This document shows, piece after piece, positions 10,263 through 19,700 of a stretch of DNA of 64,000 bases. The stretch is from a virus (lineage: Duplodnaviria > Caudoviricetes). The translations under genes and the position numbers were made by a program. The notes beneath the pieces were generated by a model. It was not told the origin of the DNA. It did not search any database and was given only the letters and a program-made list of their open reading frames with translations. Location: IMG/VR virus record IMGVR_UViG_3300021387_000688, one strand, 5' to 3'. Position 1 is the stretch's first letter. Every line of letters starts with the position of its first letter.

Positions 10263-10601
10263 TTATACCCCCAATTTTTTGTTAATTTTCTTTATTTGTT
10301 TTCTCGCTTTCTTTTCTTGTTTTTTAAGTTCTTCTTCTGAAATAATGTAGCCTTGTTTTTCCATATACCGTTCTGCGGCTTCTATAGCTTTATCAGCTTT
10401 CTTCAATAAGGCATCCGTATGAGGATTTATATTTTTGACAGGTTGTTTAGGGAGAGGGTTGCCACAATATGGGCAAGTGTCCTTTTCTTTGTGAGGGAAA
10501 AATCTCCAACCGATTAAGACACCTGTCCATACTGAAAGTATAATGAATATTAAAAATGTAAAAACATCTATTCCGGCACTTTGAATTAACAATTCTTTCA
10601 T
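10263..10601 (-). CDS. Membrane-anchored zinc-ribbon protein
   Basis: N-terminal TM helix, CPYCG; TATATT 6 nt before ATG. Confidence 0.6.
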   Translation of the reverse strand: MKELLIQSAGIDVFTFLIFIILSVWTGVLIGWRFFPHKEKDTCPYCGNPLPKQPVKNINPHTDALLKKADKAIEAAERYMEKQGYIISEEELKKQEKKARKQIKKINKKLGV

Positions 10602-10629
10602 GCTTATAATATAGAAAAATTAAAGAACG

Positions 10630-11292
10630 TTATTCTCTATTAACACTACCCAATTGCATAGCTTGCTGAGCCAATTTTTCTACAGCGTTATCATCAGAAT
10701 CTGGTGGTAAATAATTTTGTGCTTTATAGTTTGAACCATTTGCATAAGCTTCAGCCTGGAGGTTTTTACTTACAGTTCCTAAAGCGAATTGATAAGAACC
10801 CCAAGTTTCCAAAAGATGCTTCATGAATGAATAACGTCCTTCTGCTACTGCAAGCTTAGCATTAAGTTTAGCAAACTTAGCTTTATACTTTGTATGAGCC
10901 GCAGCTTGAAGTTCTGTACTTGAATACCAAACCTTCTTATTATCATCTCGGTTATATTCTCTTTTAACATCCATTAAGGCCTGGTCTTCGAAAGCCTGTA
11001 ACTCTTTCTTAACCCTATCTGCATCATATTTTGCTCTTTGATATAAAGTGTTTAATGAGAAAGATTCTCCAGCCCACTGCAAAAGGTTTGTATTTACATC
11101 TGTAAGGGTCGGCATCTTTACAGTAAGAAGTTTCTGCTTCATTAATTCAATATTTTGTTGAACGAATTTTATAAGTTTCTGTTCAGATTCGGAATAGGCT
11201 CCTCTAACAAGTTCTTCCCCGGAAGCTATTGATTCTTCTTGTAACTCTATTTCTTTTTCTTTTTCTGATTCTTCTGCTTCGCTAATATTCAT
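10630..11292 (-). CDS. Coiled-coil protein, possibly UvsY-like recombination mediator
   Basis: Long amphipathic helices with a UvsY-like pattern; start revised to 11292 (GAGG SD). Confidence 0.4.
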   Translation of the reverse strand: MNISEAEESEKEKEIELQEESIASGEELVRGAYSESEQKLIKFVQQNIELMKQKLLTVKMPTLTDVNTNLLQWAGESFSLNTLYQRAKYDADRVKKELQAFEDQALMDVKREYNRDDNKKVWYSSTELQAAAHTKYKAKFAKLNAKLAVAEGRYSFMKHLLETWGSYQFALGTVSKNLQAEAYANGSNYKAQNYLPPDSDDNAVEKLAQQAMQLGSVNRE

Positions 11293-11351
11293 AGTAATCC
11301 TCTTTGAAGTATTATAGAAAAAGTTTTCCACTACTATAATCTAAATAAATT

Positions 11352-11750
11352 ATGAGACGAGATAAAGATGATCAACAATGGCAAGAAGTTAAAAGAAAAG
11401 TTTTTGAAATAGATAAAGGTCAATGTCTTTTATGCCAAGACCTTACCCCTGCAGAAATGGAATTGTGGAAGCAATCTGGAACTGACGGATTCTCTACAAC
11501 TAAAATGGACCCAGCCCATCATCACCCTGTTTCTCTTTATACTGAATTAATGTACGATGTAGACAATCTTTACACCCTTTGTAGATGTCACCATGAAAGA
11601 TTAGATTATATGATGCACCCTCTTACGGGTAAACATATTCAACAAGATGAAGTTGAACAATGGTGGCAAAGAATTATAAATCGTAGAAAAATAAATCAAG
11701 GTAAAGGTAAAGTTGAATTAACAGAAATGTATTATGATTCTTTAGATTAA
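11352..11750 (+). CDS. HNH endonuclease
   Basis: CLLC...DPAHHHP...NLYTLCRCHH. Confidence 0.8.
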   Translation: MRRDKDDQQWQEVKRKVFEIDKGQCLLCQDLTPAEMELWKQSGTDGFSTTKMDPAHHHPVSLYTELMYDVDNLYTLCRCHHERLDYMMHPLTGKHIQQDEVEQWWQRIINRRKINQGKGKVELTEMYYDSLD

Positions 11751-12094
11751 TTTACTTTAGTGTATCCTCCAGTTTCTTTATTAAGAACCCACTTGAAATA
11801 TCTTTTAGCATCCGGATCGTATATCATTTCAAATTCTGGACGTTCAATGATTTGAGGTTCAAATTCTACTTTTGAATACTTCTCATGTTCCCTTTCATTA
11901 AGTAAAGATCTGGTAGGTGCAATAGTAGTCTGCCCTACTTTAGGAATATAACCCATCATCCAATTACCAGAAGCTTCGCCGAATTGCTCTTCGGCTAAAT
12001 GATAAGCTTCTGTTTTATCTTTGGCTTTAATGGATCGGATTTGACCGGTTTTGTAGAATTGGATATAAAACTTTTTTAACTTATCTTTTGACAT
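11747..12094 (-). CDS. Hypothetical protein
   Basis: 115 aa, coupled to the ligase-like ORF. Confidence 0.55.
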   Translation of the reverse strand: MSKDKLKKFYIQFYKTGQIRSIKAKDKTEAYHLAEEQFGEASGNWMMGYIPKVGQTTIAPTRSLLNEREHEKYSKVEFEPQIIERPEFEMIYDPDAKRYFKWVLNKETGGYTKVN

Positions 12095-12927
12095 TAAGCT
12101 TCACCTACAAGTTTGAGGAACTCTGTACTTGTAATGATTGGTGTACCCAACTGCTTTGCTTTTACGTTCTTAGAAGAACCAGATTCGGTATCATCGGTTA
12201 CGAGATAAGAAAGCCCCTTCTTAACGCTTGCAAGAGTTCCGCCATTATCTACTACCAATTTTTCAAGTTCCTTACGTGGACGAACTGCAGCACCTGTAAA
12301 ACAGAAACTCATTCCTGAAAGAACTCCACCTTCTTTCTTTACTGGAGCTGCGTCTGCAATTTTGAAATATTCCATACAAGATAAGATTTCAGGAAGTGCC
12401 TTTTTGATACCTTCGTAAATCTTAGTAGCCATTGTATCTTTGATTCCTTCTCCGATATACTGAGTGTAATTACCCTGCTTAAGGAAGAAGTTGATATCAT
12501 AGTTGTTTGAATTTTTCTGGATTTGTTCAATACGTCTGCGGCCTACATCTTCGATATCAAAGATTGCGATATAGTCAGAAACTTTAACATCTTTTGAAAG
12601 AACTTTGTTTACTTTATTGTAAATCTTTGTACCATTTACACCGCCAGCCCACTTGCAAGATTCTTTATCACTTTTTGTGATTGCCTCGAAGAAGTCTTCA
12701 AGACCTTTACAATCTTTAGAAGCTGCTTCAAAATAAGCTGGACCTGCACCTTTGATTTCAAATACATCAAAGAACTTTTCGATTTTGTGAGCTATCTTTG
12801 ATGTACAAAGAGGATTAGCACATTTAACTTCCCCGTTTTCCTGAATTATAATATCCCCGCCACATACAGGGCAAACTTCTGGGAGACCCAAACCATCGAA
12901 ATAAAAATTAGATTTATTGATAATCAT
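12094..12927 (-). CDS. NAD-dependent DNA ligase C-terminal module only (Zn finger, HhH, BRCT)
   Basis: PEVCPVCG...CANPLC; IKGAG and IEDVG HhH; LSGMSFCFTG...YLVTDD...SSKNVKAKQLG BRCT; no KxDG adenylation domain. Confidence 0.85.
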   Translation of the reverse strand: MIINKSNFYFDGLGLPEVCPVCGGDIIIQENGEVKCANPLCTSKIAHKIEKFFDVFEIKGAGPAYFEAASKDCKGLEDFFEAITKSDKESCKWAGGVNGTKIYNKVNKVLSKDVKVSDYIAIFDIEDVGRRRIEQIQKNSNNYDINFFLKQGNYTQYIGEGIKDTMATKIYEGIKKALPEILSCMEYFKIADAAPVKKEGGVLSGMSFCFTGAAVRPRKELEKLVVDNGGTLASVKKGLSYLVTDDTESGSSKNVKAKQLGTPIITSTEFLKLVGEA

Positions 12928-12945
12928 TGCATACCTCTTGCTAAT

Positions 12946-12975
12946 ATTATAGCTTTACTGGGTATTTGCATTTTC
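12946..12975 (-). promoter_or_regulatory. Class A promoter GAAAAT-N18-TATAAT
   Basis: Matches the recurring motif and spacing. Confidence 0.6.
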
Positions 12976-13757
12976 CATTTTTTTAGCTTTTTTGTTATTT
13001 ATGTCTACAAGTAAATCTAAATTCTGAGAAATTGCATCTTGAAGGGTTTTTAATAAAGCATTTGCCGAACTTTCTATTCTAAGTTGATCCCTTCTAACTT
13101 CATCCTCAGTTTTGTTAGGTAAATGAAAGTTGGTCATTATTGCTCCTTAGTTACTGTATAAGAAAAGGAGTCTACGTCTGTACAAGAGAAAGTAGTGTTA
13201 ATAAAACTCTTTTCATACTCTTCCAATTCTTCTTCAGTTTGAATGAAAATCTTTTCTTTAGAAGGGCGGCTTACAGAAATAGTTGGGGTACAACCTTCTT
13301 TAAGATTGAATGTTCTTTTCATTAATCCAAACCATTCTTTAAGTTCTTCATCCTGTTCGTTTTCAATATTTTTTATTTCTTCTCTAACAGGACTAGGAGG
13401 ATAAATGGTTAATTCATATTTAGGACTAACCCAAGTTTTTATAACACCTTCTTCATAATACTTGAAGGTAACTTTATTTAACACATCTTGAATCTTGCCA
13501 ATCTTTTCATTAATAGGTAAAGGAATATTATGTTTGCGCCAAATAGCATTCATTTGAACATTGGGGATCATTCTTGCCCATGGGTATTTAGCTTTATTCT
13601 CTGGGTTCTTCCACCACTCTTCAATTTCTCTCAAAACAACTTCTACAAGTTCAGGTTTGTTTTGAACGCACCAAGCTGCGGCTATTGAAATCTCTTCATC
13701 GTGAGCTTTAATTTTTACTTCTTCTTCCAATTCATTTGGGTCTAATATTACATGCAT
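12955..13757 (-). CDS. Two hypothetical ORFs (12955-13137, 13137-13757)
   Basis: Coupled ORFs. Confidence 0.55.
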
Positions 13758-13915
13758 AGATTTATCCTTGTTTTAATTATAGTAAGTGGGTGTCTACATT
13801 TTAAAGGTAAAAATATAACAAACAATTTTAATTAAAATAATAAATTTTAAAAAATATTTTTAGTAAATATTTTTATTTCAGTCCACGGGGATAATTCTAT
13901 ATAATATAAAGAATT

Positions 13916-13969
13916 AATTGAAATGTACAAAAAATGACCCTCATACATTTCAATTCGTACATTTCAATT
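13916..13969. repeat. Three copies of a 12-13 bp element (one forward, two inverted) in a divergent intergenic region
   Basis: AATTGAAATGTAC at 13916-13928; TACATTTCAATT at 13944-13955; GTACATTTCAATT at 13957-13969. Confidence 0.75.
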
Positions 13970-14010
13970 GAAAAAGGTTTCATAAAGAAAACCTCTTCTA
14001 TATTTTAGGT

Positions 14011-14998
14011 ATGTTAGAAATGTCGTTAGAAGAAGCAGAAAAAACATTGAGTTTTTTGAGGGATATGATTACTTTGTTCCCTACAGATGAGTTGGATAGA
14101 GTTCAGGCAGATATGCAGGACTTTATGATAGATGAAAAGGCCCTCCAAGAATACAGTTCTTTTGATAGAGATATTCCTAATCTTAAAAACTTGATTAGAG
14201 TTTTAAGAAAGGCAAAGAATTTACTTGCAAAAGATGGAAAGGTTGATAAGATTTTCAACGATGAAAAGTTCGCTCAAAAGGATTTGGAAGATTGGTATGA
14301 TGCATATGTACGTATGCAGAACTCACTTCTCCAGATGGGTGTAGATGCAAAGAAAGAGCTTGCAAAAATGGAGCAGGAAGAGCAAAACGAAAAGGTTGCA
14401 AAAATTGAAGCTTTGATTGAAGAGGGAAAGAAAAAGCAAGCCGAACTTAATGGAAAGAAGGAATAGGTAATGAACGATCTTCAAGAAGCATGTGATGCCC
14501 TTTTAGCATTAGTTCCTCAATTAACAGATAAGGTAGTATCCTTAAAAACAGATAAGGATAACCTTACTGCAGAATTGAATAAACTTAAGGATGAGAACTC
14601 TTATCTTAAGAGCCTCAATGAAGAAAGTGCGGAGAAGTTTACTCTAACAGATGAACGTAAAATTCAGATAGAAAAACTTCTCAAAGACACAAAGTATATT
14701 TTGGAAACTACTTAATTACCCACTAATTGAAAATATGGAAATAGGACTAACACAAGAAGTATCAATTTGGATGAATAGGTTTATCAATGACTTGGCTGCA
14801 GATAAGCAAAAAGTTTTAGATGCTATAGCTTTGTTTCCTGGAAACCAAAATGTTGTAAAAAATGCAATTGAAAATGGGCCAGAAAACCTTTCAAAAGAAG
14901 ACGCAGATACTTGTAGAGAAATCTTAAACTTTATAGAATTTTACGCAACTGGGTCTATTTCCAATTTAGGGGTAGTTAGCAATGCCAGGAAAGAATAA
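14011..14998 (+). CDS. Three small helical/coiled-coil ORFs (14011-14466, 14470-14715, 14735-14998)
   Basis: Open frames; TATATT and CTAATT motifs 6 nt before the first and third ATG. Confidence 0.6.
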
Positions 14999-16781
14999 TA
15001 GATTTTCAGGAACAGGATCTCACGTACATCTTTTTGAAAAAGAAGTATATAACACAGTCCCTTCAAATTATATTTTCTATTATAAAGGTAGAGAAATTGC
15101 CAGAAGGGTAAACTATTCTTTGGAACAAGATCCTGTATACAAAACTCAATTCAAAAATGAGTGGCTAGCCAATGCTGTTGAACCATTAAACGAATATACC
15201 CAAATAGATTTATTTGATGCTCAAGGTAACAAAATAAACTTAGTTGCTAACTTACCACATTTGGATATTAAAAGAGCTTCATTAATCTATGAAGTTGAAC
15301 CAATCAATAATATTCCAGCCTCAATTTCTGTAGTTGTTTATACCGGTCCTACAGAATTAAATACAATTGTATCTAACGGAATGAACCAAATGGATGAAGG
15401 TTACATTCCTATTGAAGATAAAGATGTAGTTACTAAAGATTACCTTGACGATATAATTGAAGATTTCGTAGCTTCACATTCTGCTATAAGCACTATCGAT
15501 ATTTACCAAGATGAGAAACCTTTACCTAATGGTATAAACCATATCGATAATTTAGAGTATCCTGTATTGTTAGTAAAGGGGCAGAATAGTTTACCTGTAA
15601 AGAAATCTCAAATTGTCGTAGCACCTTTCGCAATTAGTAATTCTTATGTAGAACCTACTTTATGTATTCTTGTAAACGGAACTAGAAAATTATATGAAAC
15701 TAAAGTAGAAGACATTCTTGAAGAAAGGACTACGGTATGGCAAACCATTTCTACAGAAAACATTTTCAAATTAGGCGAACCTCCTGCAAAAACATATTGG
15801 AAGAATAGCTATAAAGTAGAATTCAACCCAATTGTATTAGAGGATTTATTAAACAATGATAACCCAATCTGTACAATTTCTTTAATGGTATCTGACCCTG
15901 TTAGTAGACAATCTGTACAAACAGAAATAAAAACAATAGGTATAGACATGCTTATTGGTAAAGGTCACGGGGAACAAGAAGTAACTTATGATCCAGATGT
16001 AATAGAACATCATAAAACGGTTTGGGTTTCTGGAACAGCTTACTATCCTAACACGGAAGATAATTATACTTTACCTTTAACTGTAAATTTGAAAAATAAT
16101 TTCTTAAACAATTTCAGGCCTAAAGTGGTTGCGAAAATAGTAAGAATACAAGATGATGAAAATGAAGAGACTTTGAATGAAATCTCTTTACCTAGTCACC
16201 TTCCTTTATCAGGTTTTGTAAAAGAAATACAAGTAACTTCAAAATACAATATACATACAACTGCATTAGAATTACACACTTATAATGTAAGGGGTGATTT
16301 ATTAGATGTAGTTAGAATTGAAATTGATTGCCATATTGATGAAAGCGATGAAAGTAATAGAGTTACTACACCAGATGCAGAAATTGTTTATCCTAATACA
16401 GAATTTGGGGAACCTTGGGACTCTAAAGCACCTTTAAACATTTTTGATATGATTTTGAAGGACGGGGAATATCATCACAACGATCCTAGAATTTCTGCAG
16501 TATGTTTCAAATATAAACCTATAGATTGTTATAGCCATGCTATCTTAGATATAGATACAGATGGAGATATCCAATTAATGTCAGAAGGTAATACAGGTTG
16601 GTTAGACGGAAAATCTTTATTACAACCTTTCCATGCACCTACTGCTCACGGAGACCCTTGCAAAGTAGATAACGGTACTAAAGGGTATTATTCATTTGGA
16701 AGAGTGGTTTATAAATCTCCGGTATTCGTAAGAATCATTAAAGCAACTCATGCAAAAGTAAATTCTATCGTCATAGAGTAA
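14982..16781 (+). CDS. Putative virion structural protein
   Basis: 599 aa, beta-rich, VVTKDYLD fibre-like motif; C-terminus similar to the next gene. Confidence 0.55.
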   Translation: MPGKNNRFSGTGSHVHLFEKEVYNTVPSNYIFYYKGREIARRVNYSLEQDPVYKTQFKNEWLANAVEPLNEYTQIDLFDAQGNKINLVANLPHLDIKRASLIYEVEPINNIPASISVVVYTGPTELNTIVSNGMNQMDEGYIPIEDKDVVTKDYLDDIIEDFVASHSAISTIDIYQDEKPLPNGINHIDNLEYPVLLVKGQNSLPVKKSQIVVAPFAISNSYVEPTLCILVNGTRKLYETKVEDILEERTTVWQTISTENIFKLGEPPAKTYWKNSYKVEFNPIVLEDLLNNDNPICTISLMVSDPVSRQSVQTEIKTIGIDMLIGKGHGEQEVTYDPDVIEHHKTVWVSGTAYYPNTEDNYTLPLTVNLKNNFLNNFRPKVVAKIVRIQDDENEETLNEISLPSHLPLSGFVKEIQVTSKYNIHTTALELHTYNVRGDLLDVVRIEIDCHIDESDESNRVTTPDAEIVYPNTEFGEPWDSKAPLNIFDMILKDGEYHHNDPRISAVCFKYKPIDCYSHAILDIDTDGDIQLMSEGNTGWLDGKSLLQPFHAPTAHGDPCKVDNGTKGYYSFGRVVYKSPVFVRIIKATHAKVNSIVIE

Positions 16782-16799
16782 TTTACCACTAAATAATGT

Positions 16800-19700
16800 A
16801 TGAGTAACATATTAGACAAAAGCACTACACTATGGAAAAATTATAAAGGTTGGGGCGACACTCATTCAGAAAGAGAAACTTTCGAAGAGTTGTACAGAGC
16901 TTTTAATAGGATTTCATCTGAACAAGTTTTAACTTACGGTCAGGATATTCCTAGAGAACCTTCTGATGCTTTATACGATGCAGTATCTCATTTAACTGCA
17001 ACTAACGATACAGCTTATTTACAAGAGTCATTATATAAGAAAATACCTATTGTTAAGAAACATGTAGAGGTAACTCTTGAACCAATCTCTCCAAATTGTA
17101 ACCATTCATTCATTGTAAAGATTGATGGTAAGCAAGCCAAAAATATTATACCTTTTGATTACAGTGATACAGGTATCTATAATTATGAATTAAAAACTCA
17201 AGAAGGTAGAGAGATACCTTTTGGTATATGTGATTGGATTTTAGATACAAACTCAAGTTTATTAGTTTTCCAAAATGGTACTCCATTAGGTGTAAGTGCA
17301 TCTAAACCTCCTGTATTGACATTCTATCAGTATGTTGGTCCAAGTGGTGAAAGACATTATATCGATGCAATCTTATTAGACACAGAGAACGTAGAATTTG
17401 AAAACGGCAGCCCAGTAGCCGATGTTACTCCTTATGCAAGAAATTCTACAAACAACATTGAAGAAGATTTCTTACACAAATATGGTTTACATGGAGGAGA
17501 TGGTAATCCAGGTATTGGATTGGAATATAACCTTCTTACTCCAGTAACAGATTCTAATACAAATGACCCTATCATGGGTTATGATGATAATAGTAACAGC
17601 CAAGTAGTAAATCTTTTATCAAGTAAAAAAGGTACCGGACCTTTAGAAGTATTATTTGTTTCTCAAGAAATTGAAAACGGAGAACATGTTGTAGTTGTTG
17701 AAAAAGATGGTATTTCTAAAATAGATGAAGAGCATGGCTTCTTTGTAGTTAAAGCAGCTCCAGGTACTTATACAATTACAGTAGAAGAAACCGAAGAACT
17801 TAAGACTGTACTTTTAGTAAAGGATAATGAAACTCAAGATTGGGAATTATTCTTCCCTCGCAGTCCTTTACAATTAACAGTTAAGTTACCAGTATTTGCA
17901 GATTTAATTACATTGCCTCCACATCTTAAATTATCTGTATTCAATTCTTATTCAGACCATATTACTCATCAATATTATGGTCCAAGGACAGTAGACTTTG
18001 TAATTGCAACAGATGAATCTGCTAGTTGGAGATCTGCAGACTTTGTAATTTATAACAAAGACAAATTCTATTTGAAAGACGCCTTCGCCGTAAAAGAAGG
18101 TAAACATATACTTGCAAGAAATGCAACTTATAAAAACCATGATGAAGAATTAGAAATTAAAGGTATGACTTTCTCTGGAGAAACTAAAGAGAATGTTATA
18201 TTAAAAGAACTTTCAATCAAACTTGAGGATGCAGTATTAGAGAACGCTGTAATAGAAGGGGACATTGAAGTTTCCGGAACTTCTATTTTAAGAAACGTTA
18301 AATGTACTGGTACCATAACTGTAAAAGAAGAAGGTACATTATTAATAGAAGACAGTGAATTAAATACTGTAGAAAACTATGGCGAGTTGAAAGTTTTCGA
18401 TTCTGGTGTAATTAATATTAGAACTTATAAAGTTCAAAAAGAAGATATAACTGCTTATGCAGTAACTACTATCTTTGATACTACAGTTTCTAATGATTTC
18501 TATTCAGAAGGAAAAGTTTATGTAAACGGTGGTTACGTAAATAACTTTACAGTAGAAGAGGGTGCCTTCTATGTACAAGGTTCAAGAATTTCAAACTTGA
18601 AAGCAGTTGAAGCTGAAGAAGGTTCATTACTTGACACTACTTCAATTGACTATGTAGAAAACTTGCCTTCTACTGTTAAAATTGATTCTTCTTATGTAAC
18701 CAAATTCTCTGATGCTGTTGAAAGACCTGTTTATCCAGACGAGGCTACAATGCCTTTCTATACAGCTTTCAATAATAGAGTTTATGCAAAAATACCTGCA
18801 CCATTTAAGTACGAGCCAGAAACAAATACATTAGAACTTAAATTGGATAGCATTACTCATACATTATTCATTAACGATAATGGAGAGTTGCAGGCAAGAT
18901 TCTTCAACAGTGATGAAATTGCATTTACTTCTAAAGACAATGTAAAGACTCAAATTGAAGAAGTTTATGGCGAACACGCAGATACTGTATTAGATAAAAA
19001 ACGTCCAGACAATGTTGATGAAGCTTTGATTGATTTGTATTGGTCTAAAGCAGATTTGAAAGGCGGTAAAATTCCTCTTGATCAAATCCCAGACGCTATT
19101 GCAAGTGGCGGTTTGTCTCCAGTAGGTACTTGGTCATTTGAAGACCATGGAGGTAGATATCCTACATTCGCAGATATAGACTTTAGGTTTATGAGCGATG
19201 ATAGTTATACTGACTTACAAAGAGGATGGTTCTTCATTGTAGCTGCTTCTCATAAAGATGACGATCCTTGCTACCCACAAAGAGCAATTGACGGAGTTGA
19301 ATTTACTGCAGGTGACTGGATTGTATATGGAGGAAGAAATAAAGAGTTAGTAAGAGACAATATTACAGTTCAGCCTTTGAATGGAATGTCCCCTGTAAAA
19401 GAAGATAAAAATACTTTTTTACAATACTCTAAAGATTATGGAAAGACAGCTGTATTCTCTTCTTGTAAACAGTACAGTGATAAGAATAAGAAGTTTAATG
19501 ATTTAAGTACAGTAGCTTTCTTCGAGAATAAAGTTGACTTATACAAATCTGAAGGTAACTTCCATTTTGTAGAATCTTATCCAGTTGAATATATTGAAGG
19601 AGTATTTACAGGAGATAGAGAGGGAGTTGTCCCTTATAGAACTGTAACTCAGATTAAGATTGGAGAATATACATTTAATGTATTAGGTACTGCAGTAAGA

